Source: a virus
Length of the DNA: 64,000 nt
Virus record (IMG/VR): IMGVR_UViG_3300024312_000003
Span: 1 to 64,000 of that record
Reading direction: 5' to 3' (one strand)
The notes under the pieces were generated by a model that was given only the letters and a program-made list of their open reading frames with translations, ran no database searches and was not told the DNA's origin. The position numbers and the translations under genes were made by a program. Position 1 is the stretch's first letter. The number at the start of each line of letters is the position of its first letter. Of this stretch, positions 18,814 through 29,055 are shown piece after piece.

Positions 18814-20346
18814 TTACTTGAAAAAGATGACTCTGGTATTAGAGTCAATCCCAGACCATATCCCAACATCATCACCAGCTTTGATGATTGTTGCGTATCT
18901 AAAGAGATTTTCACCAGCAGACCATGAAACAAAGTAAACCTTTGGATTCTTTGATTCGATTTTCTTAAGAGAATTTCTCTCTAGTGTATCGATGCCGATA
19001 GATAGAGTTATCTCTACATCAGCAGTTCCTCGTTCATTTTTGAACTTACCTTTGACCTTGATTGAAGAACAACCAACTCCAATGCTGGATAGTAATTTTG
19101 TTTCCACTAAAGGTTGAGCTTCTGTGGAATTTTTCTTACCTTGTTTGGTTTGTTGTTCGTATAGCGAATCGGTTATATCGGTCAAAACTATATCGTTTCG
19201 CTCGGTTATAAACGAATCCAATATTTGTCCAAGATCTTCTAAGGACTGATAAGTTCTCTCAGAGAGACGAGGAGGATTTTGTTCCTCAGTTATTGTTGAA
19301 TCGCCTAATGTTTTCAAATCTTTTTTGAAACCAACAGGTGGTTCTATCAGAAGCTCTCCATAGATATTTAGCTTATCATAGATGTTTGCTGAAAAAACCT
19401 TATCTAGGTTAATCACATACATCATGTCCAAGCCATAAATGATTCGACTTTGGAAGTTTCTAATCATTTCAATAACTGGGTCTGGATGAGCTATTTTAAT
19501 AACAGAACCAGTTCTATCACTCATCCGGTTTCCATTCAGATGATTATCCTTACCGTGGTTACCCGTGTAGTAAACACCCGGAGTAATTGTTTCTTGTCGC
19601 GTATTGAAGTAACAATACTTGTTTAAGAAGAAAGGATGTTTTTCATTCACAGACTTCCAGTAACCGTCCGGATCTTTTAGGTCACAAGAGTGATAATCTA
19701 GACTTCTAAGAGCTGTGAATCTACCTATTGTGGCGAGACTATCTGCTCTCTCATTTCCCGTATCACCGTCGTGTCCTTTAACCCATACCATTTTAACAGG
19801 TATGTCCATTGAATCTAATATCTTCTTAGATTCAAGGATTTCTTTCCAGACATCAGTGCTTGCGACTGGATTACCGTCTTTTTTAATCCAGTTTTGACTT
19901 GACCAGATCCTCATCCATTCATTAAATCCTCTGACAGTTAATTCACTATCACTGTTAATGATTGCAAAATCTGGCTTATGTTCTTGAATTATTTTTAGAG
20001 AACGATTCAGAGCCTCGGCTTCCGCTTTATTATTACTGACGTCGTTGATGATTTTAACACCATCTATGACTGTCCCGACTGTTCCGAAAGCATCGATATA
20101 TTTGGTAATCGTTACTGGAAACTTTTGTGTTTCCAAAACAATGGTGTTTTTATCTTGAAAATCAGAAGATTTTACATCAATCAAATCTTCTTTATTAACA
20201 TATCCAACAGAACTAGCAGAAATAGAGCCAAGTCCAATTCCTTTAGTCGGTTCTTTGCATTCAAAGAAATATCCATGAATACCATATCCGGCCTTACCTG
20301 GGTTAGGTTTGACACCACCATCTGCGTAAAGAACTATTCCGTTCAT
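18814..20346 (-). CDS. rnhA: Ribonuclease HI with C-terminal extension (phiKZ gp155-like)
   Basis: LYADGGVKPNPG, SNNKAE, INSDSE, WVKGHDGDTGNERADSLA catalytic motifs. Confidence 0.92.
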   Translation of the reverse strand: MNGIVLYADGGVKPNPGKAGYGIHGYFFECKEPTKGIGLGSISASSVGYVNKEDLIDVKSSDFQDKNTIVLETQKFPVTITKYIDAFGTVGTVIDGVKIINDVSNNKAEAEALNRSLKIIQEHKPDFAIINSDSELTVRGFNEWMRIWSSQNWIKKDGNPVASTDVWKEILESKKILDSMDIPVKMVWVKGHDGDTGNERADSLATIGRFTALRSLDYHSCDLKDPDGYWKSVNEKHPFFLNKYCYFNTRQETITPGVYYTGNHGKDNHLNGNRMSDRTGSVIKIAHPDPVIEMIRNFQSRIIYGLDMMYVINLDKVFSANIYDKLNIYGELLIEPPVGFKKDLKTLGDSTITEEQNPPRLSERTYQSLEDLGQILDSFITERNDIVLTDITDSLYEQQTKQGKKNSTEAQPLVETKLLSSIGVGCSSIKVKGKFKNERGTADVEITLSIGIDTLERNSLKKIESKNPKVYFVSWSAGENLFRYATIIKAGDDVGIWSGIDSNTRVIFFK

Positions 20347-20393
20347 GCAAATCTCTTAATAAGTTTAATCACAATAATTACAGAGTTAGTAAA

Positions 20394-20849
20394 TTAGTTC
20401 TTACAGCTCTTAAGATGGTCGACCATTGATTGGTTATACTTCTTCAGAACAAGAAGATACTGCTGTCTTGTTTTCTTAATGTGATCTAGTAGTTTTTTAA
20501 TTATTTCTTGATCATTAAGATTCATTATTTCTGAAGAATCAATGATGATTTCTGGCGGAATTTCCGGTTTCTGGAACTTACGACAACCAACAAATATCTT
20601 AGCTATCTTATCTTCAGTTTTTGTTTTGTTCTCATTTTTATTTTCTATCGGTTTTTCTTCAGAATGTTTTATTACAGGTGGTGTTTTTACAACACTCTCA
20701 TCTTTAACATCTGTTTTAAGAACTATTATTTCCTTCAATGGTTGCGTCTGGCCATTGAAGGAAATGGTGCTATTTATAGCACATCCTGGCAATGTTAAAA
20801 AAGTCAAGAAAGATATGACGTACTTTAACAAACCGTATTTATTGATCAT
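20394..20849 (-). CDS. Lipoprotein, possible o-spanin-like
   Basis: Signal peptide with lipobox LTLPG-C; Pro-rich GCRKFQKPEIPP segment followed by a helix. Confidence 0.55.
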   Translation of the reverse strand: MINKYGLLKYVISFLTFLTLPGCAINSTISFNGQTQPLKEIIVLKTDVKDESVVKTPPVIKHSEEKPIENKNENKTKTEDKIAKIFVGCRKFQKPEIPPEIIIDSSEIMNLNDQEIIKKLLDHIKKTRQQYLLVLKKYNQSMVDHLKSCKN

Positions 20850-21123
20850 TATAGATATCCTCTAATTCTTTACCAACCCAATGGTCCTTTTTGTCTTGTT
20901 TTTGTTCTATAACTGGTGTGTTCTTTTTACTGACTTCCTCAGAAATTCTAAATAGCTTAGATAGAACTAAATAATTCAATATCAAAGAGAACAGAAGAAC
21001 AACGATTACGGAGGTGGTAAATTTATTATCCTTTACAATTGTCTTGAAAGGCTTACCACCAAAAAACATTTCACTTATAAAAGGCCATAACCAGAATAAA
21101 CCTTTTATTAAATCCACTAACAT
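20839..21123 (-). CDS. Small membrane protein
   Basis: 94 aa from ATG 21123 (AAGGA RBS); TM segment SVIVVLLFSLILNYLVL; overlaps the lipoprotein start by 11 nt. Confidence 0.65.
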   Translation of the reverse strand: MLVDLIKGLFWLWPFISEMFFGGKPFKTIVKDNKFTTSVIVVLLFSLILNYLVLSKLFRISEEVSKKNTPVIEQKQDKKDHWVGKELEDIYNDQ

Positions 21124-21225
21124 TTTGCTATCCTTAATTTTGTGTACATATCCCGCGATTATATCTTTTATAATTAGAATTGTCAACTATTAATTTAACG
21201 TCAATGCGACGGTAGAGAGATTACC

Positions 21226-22545
21226 ATGCATTCATCTAAAAGCTTCTGCAATATTTCTGCTTTTTTATCAAACACCCCTGGAGTTGTATCCGGTTTTGGT
21301 GAATTGAGTCAAAACAGCTATACCTTTAGTCGCGAAATTGGAATTCATCAAAAGAATTCTGTTCCAGGCTTTACCATTCTCAATCTAAAGACTGTAAATG
21401 ATGCAGGAACTAGAATTGAAATGGATCAAATTCTGATTGATCAAGCAATATTTTTATCTAAAGCCATATACGATTATATCGGAGGGCTGGTAGGTGAAGT
21501 ATTTGCTGATCAGGTTTTGCAAAACCTGCAACCTCTTTTGACTGCTCAAGGTATTGATTCAGTCATAGTTGGTCCTGTTTCTGAAAGAAACGGCAGATGG
21601 TTTCCAGACTGGATAAAATGGGTAAGTGATACTTATCCCCATACAAACGATAACACCATTTGGTTTAGTGATTCGTCTTTAACATCACAGTATTCGGAAT
21701 ACGATATAGTCGTTGTTCCATCTATAACGCCAATTGATAGTTTCTTTTTGGCCTACAGCACTGTAAACACCAACATTGCTAATCTGGATTTTTCAGACAT
21801 TCAGACAGCTATTCAAGTTGCTAGAGGCATATATCCATTTACCTACCAAGACACAACGTACTATGATTACGTTAATCCTCTTAATGTAAATCAAAAGATA
21901 CCATGCCCTTGGAGTGTCATTATCTATGGCCCGGCTGGTAATAACATCGATGCAAAGAAAGAAGCTATTGCTTCATACATCCTAGCTAACTCGACAAGAG
22001 ATAGAACTGATTGGGTTAAAATCTTCCCCGATATATTCAGACGAACCGAGTTCATCCTTGCTCCACACTGGCATAAGTACGCCATTCCAAACAGAGCAAT
22101 AGATGAAGGTGTGTATTCCCCTATAGCTCAAGTTAACCAGATTGGTTCCTTCTTAAAACTGGTGGTGCCGAGTTATACTCAAACTCATATCGATGATAAC
22201 AGCTGTGTGTTTGGCCATAGTTTTAACTCGCTGGCAATAAGTTCAATCGGTAGCATTGAAAATAGAGATTCTAAATTCAAACTAACTGATTTTTATCCAG
22301 ACTACATAGACGTACCATCCACCAGTGTTGATTTTAGCAGAATGGATCCTGCTACTCAACAATTTAGCACGCATCTTAACACCATGCTTTCAATTGCTGA
22401 AGACATGACGCAGTTTAGCGATGTTCCTGCTGGATACACAAAACTCATTAGAGATAATGTCTTGTTCGTTGTTCGCAATATGAATAACGTACAGTTCTTG
22501 GTTGCCTCTAAAGCATCTGTTAATTCTCTGATGGGAATTGTTTAA
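21226..22545 (+). CDS. Virion structural protein (phiKZ gp157-like position)
   Basis: 439-aa ORF; assignment from gene order only. Confidence 0.55.
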   Translation: MHSSKSFCNISAFLSNTPGVVSGFGELSQNSYTFSREIGIHQKNSVPGFTILNLKTVNDAGTRIEMDQILIDQAIFLSKAIYDYIGGLVGEVFADQVLQNLQPLLTAQGIDSVIVGPVSERNGRWFPDWIKWVSDTYPHTNDNTIWFSDSSLTSQYSEYDIVVVPSITPIDSFFLAYSTVNTNIANLDFSDIQTAIQVARGIYPFTYQDTTYYDYVNPLNVNQKIPCPWSVIIYGPAGNNIDAKKEAIASYILANSTRDRTDWVKIFPDIFRRTEFILAPHWHKYAIPNRAIDEGVYSPIAQVNQIGSFLKLVVPSYTQTHIDDNSCVFGHSFNSLAISSIGSIENRDSKFKLTDFYPDYIDVPSTSVDFSRMDPATQQFSTHLNTMLSIAEDMTQFSDVPAGYTKLIRDNVLFVVRNMNNVQFLVASKASVNSLMGIV

Positions 22546-22559
22546 TTTAGGAGCAATTA

Positions 22560-23180
22560 ATGAATTTGATTCCACCAATCGGTGCCACTGGTGTTTATCA
22601 GCTATTGGCTCCTTTTAGTTCACAACTTGTAAGTGGTGCAATTTATGAATGCATGGCTGTTAGAACTCTAACAGACATCATCACTCTTGGATTAGACCCA
22701 TTTACTGAGTATTACGAACCTAATGGAATATCTGAGACGATTTATAAAAATCATCTGGCAGCAAAGGGATGCATCGTCTCACTGAGATCTTCTTCTGGCA
22801 AGTGGGTTTACGTTCCTTCGCACTATATACAAAGCTATCCTAATATAGGTGGCATTAGATATACCGGATTGATATTGTCCGCAAACATAGGTCCTGTACC
22901 GGATAGTCTTGCACTGGGTCCTGTTCGTCAGAAAATAACAGACGTTATCAGTGAATATTTGGGAGTATCCACTTCTGTTAATGTGGTAGCAATAACAGAT
23001 ACAAAACTCATAGCTCAAGACATAGCTACTTCAATAGAAGCAAATAGACAAGCCAACATTGCAAATGTCAGAACAGACTACTCCAGATACTTAGAAGAGA
23101 AAAATAAAGCAGACGCATTACAAGTAAAGTTAACTCAACTTGAAAACTATATAGCCGCTAACATCCCACCTACACCTTGA
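22560..23180 (+). CDS. Hypothetical, probable virion protein
   Basis: 206 aa, GGAG RBS, C-terminal coiled coil. Confidence 0.65.
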   Translation: MNLIPPIGATGVYQLLAPFSSQLVSGAIYECMAVRTLTDIITLGLDPFTEYYEPNGISETIYKNHLAAKGCIVSLRSSSGKWVYVPSHYIQSYPNIGGIRYTGLILSANIGPVPDSLALGPVRQKITDVISEYLGVSTSVNVVAITDTKLIAQDIATSIEANRQANIANVRTDYSRYLEEKNKADALQVKLTQLENYIAANIPPTP

Positions 23181-23193
23181 ATATACGATAATC

Positions 23194-23523
23194 ATGAGTA
23201 GTACTAATAAAGATAAATGGAAACATTTGATTTTCGTATCGGATGAAAAGGCAAGTGTTAGATATGTGGCGGATATAGTTAAGAATATCAACTCACAGTT
23301 AACTCGTGGAATGTTTAAAGAGTTATCGGATGAAATGATTGAAGTCTCTAAACTTAATCTTCGTGAAGTCTCGGTACCATGTATTGTTGCAGTTCTAAGA
23401 TCGACATATGCTTTTAGATCAAAGATACCTGGTTGGTTTGATTTAATATTGAGTGTTGAAGATAGTTTCTTAGAATCAAATAAGAATCCGGACAAATTGT
23501 TGCGAGGATTACTTAACCCATAA
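23194..23523 (+). CDS. Hypothetical protein
   Basis: 109-aa ORF ending at the palindrome. Confidence 0.65.
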   Translation: MSSTNKDKWKHLIFVSDEKASVRYVADIVKNINSQLTRGMFKELSDEMIEVSKLNLREVSVPCIVAVLRSTYAFRSKIPGWFDLILSVEDSFLESNKNPDKLLRGLLNP

Positions 23524-23555
23524 GGCATAAAGAGGGGAATTCCCCTCTTTATGCC
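23524..23555. repeat. 32-bp perfect palindrome, exact copy
   Basis: Identical to 8734-8765; between convergent genes. Confidence 0.95.
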
Positions 23556-23556
23556 G

Positions 23557-24555
23557 TTACACATTAGGTGCCTCAATATTCGAGCTAGATATCAATTTAC
23601 CAACAGTGGCAGTACCTGCCACTTGAAGAGTCCCATCAATATCAATCTCATCCGCATCGATTTGACTACCACTAATCGGACCTCTTCCAGATCCACCTGA
23701 AGATATAGACCTGAGTCCAGAAGTAGTTGTAAGTAAATCCACTTTTAGATTTTGATTAATTGTGCAATTACCAGTAGTTGTTGTTTCCGGTACAGTATTC
23801 AAGGTTGTATCTGCCTTTGTGGTTATGTCGGTGGTTATGACATTAACACTATTGCCGGCTATGATGTCTATTTTATTTCCAGCCTTTATTTCGATGTTAT
23901 TGGGAGCGTAAACTCTTATATCTTTACGATCTATATCGACATGCGATTCGTCCGCATTCTTAAGTTCAATTCTAACGTTGGTAGAATCCAAGCTGATAAA
24001 ATTACCTATGTCATCTTGGAATATGAAATTACCATCTTTGGTATTTATCTGAAACGTATATGCGAATGGTTCACCGTCAGATTTCGAGGTATAAAGAGTT
24101 ATAAGTTTTTTGTGCGTAGATATTTCAAAGAAGTAAGTATTACTTGCTGTACCTGTTTCAGATTCTTTTTGAGTATTGCTGAAAGCAAATATAACGGTCT
24201 CTAATTTACGAAGTTTCATGTCGTATTCTAGAGTGGTCCAATAATACCTATCTGTTTCACCATAGCGATAGATTACAACCTTTTCACCACGTCTTACATC
24301 CGGCGGGGTAACTCTATTGCTAATTCCAACAGGCAACCACGTCGCTCTAATTGAGGCAGTCACATCTATGCTGGTGGCGTATGTTGAACCATCTTTAGAT
24401 TTACCACCCGTCTCCAATATGGAAACATTATCAGATATCTCACCATCTAAGAATGGAAGGTCTTCAATCGGTGTTACTTCTATGTCTTTACTGGTAAGTG
24501 GTTTATTAGCGGCAACTATGCCTAAACCGTATATGTGTAATTTGGTTATTTCCAT
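23557..24555 (-). CDS. Baseplate central spike-like protein (phiKZ gp164-like)
   Basis: OB-fold-like N-terminus (PPDVRRGEKVVIY), then short beta-repeat segments (IEIKAGNKIDIIAG), as in gp5/VgrG-type spikes. Confidence 0.6.
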   Translation of the reverse strand: MEITKLHIYGLGIVAANKPLTSKDIEVTPIEDLPFLDGEISDNVSILETGGKSKDGSTYATSIDVTASIRATWLPVGISNRVTPPDVRRGEKVVIYRYGETDRYYWTTLEYDMKLRKLETVIFAFSNTQKESETGTASNTYFFEISTHKKLITLYTSKSDGEPFAYTFQINTKDGNFIFQDDIGNFISLDSTNVRIELKNADESHVDIDRKDIRVYAPNNIEIKAGNKIDIIAGNSVNVITTDITTKADTTLNTVPETTTTGNCTINQNLKVDLLTTTSGLRSISSGGSGRGPISGSQIDADEIDIDGTLQVAGTATVGKLISSSNIEAPNV

Positions 24556-24624
24556 TTTAAACCTTGTATTTTTTCATAGGGAAAACTTATCATCTGATAA
24601 GGTTAGTTTGGAAGAAATATACTC

Positions 24625-27114
24625 ATGAAACTAAACTACATAGAGCTATTCAAATACAAAAGAATGGCTTTGAATAACATTACGTTGATTCGCATAACTC
24701 CAGAAACAAAGGTACAAACAATTCTGGGAACAAACGGAAGCGGTAAATCTTCTCTGCTATCAGAGATGACTCCTCTTCCTTCTAGTAAAGATAATTTTCA
24801 TAAAGACGGATACAAGAAAATTAGCTATACCCATAACGGTAAAGAATATTTTCTATCCAGCGTATTTCATCCGGCTCAAAGACATTCTTTTAAAATCGGA
24901 CAAGACGGTGAAGAACTTAATCCAGGTGGAACCGTTACTGTTCAGAAAGAATTGGTATTTCAACACTTCGGTATCAAGCAGCATCATCACGACTTGATAA
25001 CGGGTGTTGAAAAATTCACAACCATGTCTCCAATCCGAAGAAGAGAATGGTTGACTGAGCTTTGTGATGAAAATTACGATTATGCTCTAGTCGTCTATTC
25101 GAGAGCAAGAGAAAAGCAAAGAGATATATCTGGAGCTTTAAAGCTTGCTAAGAAAAGACTCGTGTCTGAGCAAACTAAACTAATCCACGAAGAAGACATC
25201 AAACGTCTTAAAGATCAGATATCTGCTCTTGCACTGGACATTGATAAAATTTATCAAATAAGGAACGATAATCCTAAAACAGTACAGGATGTTCTTGATG
25301 ATAAACAATCTATCGAAAATCTTATACAATCGTATTCAAAAGAAGCTTTTAAGATTCTCGCCGTTATCGGTAAGAAAGCAAACTTCATATCTTCCGAATA
25401 CGATGAGTGTATAACGATTAAGAGAGAAGAAATTGCTCAGATTCAAACTAAGATCACTATAAGTAATCAAGAGTATCAAGATCTTAGCGAATACATGGCG
25501 CAGTTCAAGACGGAGGGTGGTTCTGATGGATCTGATCTAGATGAAAATATGAGAAGGCATCTAGAACGCCGTAAAACACTCTCTAGCGCGATTAAAACAC
25601 AAGTTCCAATACTCGATGCCAATACTGCAATTTTTGCTTTAGAGAGCATTTATGAAGATTTGATGAGTATCTTAGTTAATCTTCCGATAAACGAAGAGGA
25701 TTACTATACTCAATCAAAAATAGATTCTTATAAACAATCTATAAATTCTGACAAAGAAAAACTATTCGACTATGAGAATAGAATCAATCGCCTTGCTCAT
25801 GAAAAAGAACACTATGACGCTTTAGAAAATAGCGATAGTGTTGATTGTCCTAAATGCAGTCATAAATGGGTAGTCGGATACAGTAAGAAGAAACATGATG
25901 AATTAAAAAACATCATAATTAAAGGAACTGAAGCAATCCAGGCTCTTAAGAAAAGAATCGAAGAGAATAATCAAAAATTACAAGAGCAAGAAGATTACTT
26001 CGATAATTTCTCCAAGGTTTTTAATTCTTTCAGGTCTGCTCCTGTTTTGAAACCACTATGGGAAGAGCTAATAAATTCAGACATCTTAAAGAAATCACCG
26101 TTCAACGCTATTCGAATGATTGAGCTTTATAAATCAGACGTTAGTAGAACTGTAGAGATTGAAACAATCAATAAGGATGTTGAGCGATTAGGTCATCTTA
26201 TTGAAATTAGGAATAAGGCCAATTCAGAAGACTCCATTAAGGCTAAGACTAGAATTGATCATGTTGAGAAATATCTGGGTGAATTAAACAGACAGCTTCA
26301 TAAGGCAAAGAATGAACTGAGTGAATTGATTGATTACCGAAACGGCATTGTCGAATTAGAAAAAATTCAAGATCAATTATTGAAACTCTCTAAAGAACAT
26401 TCGAATAGCTCGCTCGAAGCTCTGGAAGTTTTGAGAAACGAAATAGCTACAGAGTGCCTTAAGAAATTACAAATTGAACTAGCTCAGAAGAATGCGATCT
26501 TGACTGACGCAATGATGCAAAATAACATCATTGCTGACATAGAACGAAACATCAAGTTTTATGAAGAGCAACTAAGTATCGCGGATGCTGTCGTTGAGGC
26601 ACTGTCTCCAACCGAAGGATTGATAGCGGAAGGATTATTGGGGTTTATAAAGTCTTATGTTTCTAAAATGAACATTTTGATATCCAGAATATGGACTTAC
26701 AGAATGGAAGTTCAAGATTGTAAAGACGCTGATTCTGAATCTGCCGAACTAGACTACAAATTTCCAGTAATCATTCAATCGGATGATAATAGGATTCCGG
26801 ATGTATCTAAATGCAGTACCGGTCAAAGAGAAATCATCGATCTTTCATTTAAGATTGTTGCGATGAATTATCTTGGTATGTCTAATTTTCCTTTGGTTTT
26901 AGATGAGTTGGGTTCAGCAATGGATCCAGAACATCGCTTCCAAGTCGTGCATCTTATAAACTTCCTGATTGAGCAGTGTTCTTTTAGCCAGTTGTTTATT
27001 GTAAGTCACGATTATGCTCAGTATGGATCTTTGGGCAATATGCAAACTTGTGTTATCTGTCCAAACAACATCGTTGTGCCTGATAAATATAACGAACACG
27101 TTGTTATTAGCTGA
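24625..27114 (+). CDS. sbcC: SbcC/Rad50-like ATPase (phiKZ gp165-like); strand corrected to +
   Basis: ATGAAACTAAAC reads on + at 24625. Walker A GTNGSGKSS, CPKC hook, signature STGQRE, Walker B LVLDELG, H-loop IVSH. Confidence 0.93.
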   Translation: MKLNYIELFKYKRMALNNITLIRITPETKVQTILGTNGSGKSSLLSEMTPLPSSKDNFHKDGYKKISYTHNGKEYFLSSVFHPAQRHSFKIGQDGEELNPGGTVTVQKELVFQHFGIKQHHHDLITGVEKFTTMSPIRRREWLTELCDENYDYALVVYSRAREKQRDISGALKLAKKRLVSEQTKLIHEEDIKRLKDQISALALDIDKIYQIRNDNPKTVQDVLDDKQSIENLIQSYSKEAFKILAVIGKKANFISSEYDECITIKREEIAQIQTKITISNQEYQDLSEYMAQFKTEGGSDGSDLDENMRRHLERRKTLSSAIKTQVPILDANTAIFALESIYEDLMSILVNLPINEEDYYTQSKIDSYKQSINSDKEKLFDYENRINRLAHEKEHYDALENSDSVDCPKCSHKWVVGYSKKKHDELKNIIIKGTEAIQALKKRIEENNQKLQEQEDYFDNFSKVFNSFRSAPVLKPLWEELINSDILKKSPFNAIRMIELYKSDVSRTVEIETINKDVERLGHLIEIRNKANSEDSIKAKTRIDHVEKYLGELNRQLHKAKNELSELIDYRNGIVELEKIQDQLLKLSKEHSNSSLEALEVLRNEIATECLKKLQIELAQKNAILTDAMMQNNIIADIERNIKFYEEQLSIADAVVEALSPTEGLIAEGLLGFIKSYVSKMNILISRIWTYRMEVQDCKDADSESAELDYKFPVIIQSDDNRIPDVSKCSTGQREIIDLSFKIVAMNYLGMSNFPLVLDELGSAMDPEHRFQVVHLINFLIEQCSFSQLFIVSHDYAQYGSLGNMQTCVICPNNIVVPDKYNEHVVIS

Positions 27115-27115
27115 T

Positions 27116-27151
27116 ACGGCATAAAGAGGGGAATTCCCCTCTTTATGCCGT
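27116..27151. repeat. 32-bp perfect palindrome, exact copy extended to 36 bp
   Basis: AC-GGCATAAAGAGGGGAATTCCCCTCTTTATGCC-GT between convergent genes. Confidence 0.95.
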
Positions 27152-27699
27152 TATATGACTTGATTAAATCCGTCTAACTGAGTGTTAGTTAAAAGATTCA
27201 ATCTGTTTGCATAAGTTATGGTAACAGGAACAGCTACAGAGTCTATCCAGATTAAAGATTCTGGATCGGCTTCTAAGAGTAGTGATGTGGTCGTCAGAGA
27301 ATTCAGTGCGGTGTTCTTAATGTCTTCTGCTGCCAGAGGATAACTTAAACTCAAATTAATCTGATTAAGTATTTCATGAATTGTGAAATCACCATCATTA
27401 TCGACGTATATGGTCAAAGGAGTAGTTACTCCTTGAAAATGAGTCTTTAACTCTCTGCGACGATACATCAGTGCGTTACTTAGTTTTTGATAGTAACGAT
27501 CATCGTAGTCTGTATCTGTGTCGAATTTAATCAGCGTATTTGGGTCATCCAGTATTTCTGGACGAGTGTCTAGTCGCTGAGGGCTACTGTATCTTACTTT
27601 AGATAAAGGTATTCTTATTCCTTCTGATTCGAATATCAAATCAGTTAGAAGTTCTAATCTACTTTTACCAAGGTCTTCATTGTCAATAACGACTGTCAT
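27151..27699 (-). CDS. Tail/baseplate protein resembling the N-terminal domain of the phiKZ gp131 family
   Basis: YRR...TIHEILNQIN...LLLEADPESLIWI pattern, recalled from gp131-type proteins. Confidence 0.5.
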   Translation of the reverse strand: MTVVIDNEDLGKSRLELLTDLIFESEGIRIPLSKVRYSSPQRLDTRPEILDDPNTLIKFDTDTDYDDRYYQKLSNALMYRRRELKTHFQGVTTPLTIYVDNDGDFTIHEILNQINLSLSYPLAAEDIKNTALNSLTTTSLLLEADPESLIWIDSVAVPVTITYANRLNLLTNTQLDGFNQVI

Positions 27700-27700
27700 A

Positions 27701-28957
27701 TTAGTTTCCAGTTAAGGTTCTTAAAGACAAACCAATTTTCAAATAATGTCCTCGTCCGTACTCATATGGATCTTTCGGATCTTTTACATTATTGATATTA
27801 TTTAAATTGGATGTATCAAATGTTTGGAACATGTAATTATCCATTTGATCGTTGACAACATTCAATGACCAAAATGGTTTTTCTTCAGTTACCCAATATT
27901 CACTAACTCTACCATAGCCAGTAAACAATGGATAAACCGGTTTGTTGTAAGATATAAATGTTCCAGGAATTTTACTAGTGGGTAATTCTTCTCTTTCGAC
28001 AAATATATCTAAAGAATTTATAGCCACTAAAAATGATTGAGATAAAGTGGCGTATTTTCTCAACACAACGTCACTGGTCAACTGAGGGTAATTAACAAGA
28101 TCTGGATTATTTTCATCAAGATCGAGTCCTAGTGACGATAAGTCTATATATTTCTTAGATTCAAAATATCTTTCAAGAATCGGATAATTCTGGAATTCAA
28201 TAGCCACTATTGAATCTGATATTCTGTAGAATGTTTTTCTATCTAGAATATGCAAATAACCACCCAACACTATTCCCAGCGTCTTACCGTTTAGATTTAA
28301 ACCTGTGTCAATATACATCACTTTACTTAAAGGGACGTCGGGATATCTTCTATGAATCATTGAGTCCGTTATAGGAATCAAATCTAATTCAGCAACATTG
28401 TTAAAACTATGTATGCCGACATTTGTTTGACCGCACAATCTTCTACTCTTTGCGCCATCTACAACTAATAACTTACTGCCGTCGGTATCTGTCAAATGAA
28501 ACATTCCATTAACGGATACCAAGCAACGTGACTGCATCCTATGGTAGTCTGTATCTTGTTTAGTTAGCGCTAACCAATCTCTATCAGGATAAGGGGTTGG
28601 TGAATTAAGTATACCGTTTTGGTCAACTGGTGTTATTTTGTAACCAGATCTAACAGCATCTCTATATTTAACATATTTGTTTTCTATGGTGTACTTGCCT
28701 TGAACAGTGGGTAATGTTGTGTTTCCATTACTAACTAAAAACTGACTCAAAGTGTCATTCAGCACACTGGCTCTTGCTTTTATTTTTTCAAGATCAAGAG
28801 TTAAAAAAACATTTTGATTGAAAGTAGATTTTAGAGTCAAGTATACCGACTCGTAAGTCGAATATATTGAAACCATAGGAACATTAGAGATTTGTATTTC
28901 CTGCCATCTCTTAACGCCAACTTTCGGTAAACCTATGGCAGATATTAATTCGTACAT
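27701..28957 (-). CDS. Virion structural protein (phiKZ gp130-like)
   Basis: 418 aa with LVSVNGMFH and GIVLGGYLH motifs; lies next to the gp131-like gene. Confidence 0.55.
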   Translation of the reverse strand: MYELISAIGLPKVGVKRWQEIQISNVPMVSIYSTYESVYLTLKSTFNQNVFLTLDLEKIKARASVLNDTLSQFLVSNGNTTLPTVQGKYTIENKYVKYRDAVRSGYKITPVDQNGILNSPTPYPDRDWLALTKQDTDYHRMQSRCLVSVNGMFHLTDTDGSKLLVVDGAKSRRLCGQTNVGIHSFNNVAELDLIPITDSMIHRRYPDVPLSKVMYIDTGLNLNGKTLGIVLGGYLHILDRKTFYRISDSIVAIEFQNYPILERYFESKKYIDLSSLGLDLDENNPDLVNYPQLTSDVVLRKYATLSQSFLVAINSLDIFVEREELPTSKIPGTFISYNKPVYPLFTGYGRVSEYWVTEEKPFWSLNVVNDQMDNYMFQTFDTSNLNNINNVKDPKDPYEYGRGHYLKIGLSLRTLTGN

Positions 28958-29055
28958 GTTTTACCTTTTTAATAAAATTGCGGGCTTAACGCTTCAAATA
29001 ATGTGATCTATCAACAAGCAATTTCATCGATTGCTAACTATAACGGCATTCAAAA

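Noticed and set aside
24625-27114. ORF track lists the SbcC-like ORF on the minus strand
   Set aside because: ATG AAA CTA AAC reads directly on + at 24625 and TGA is at 27112-27114; the label is wrong.
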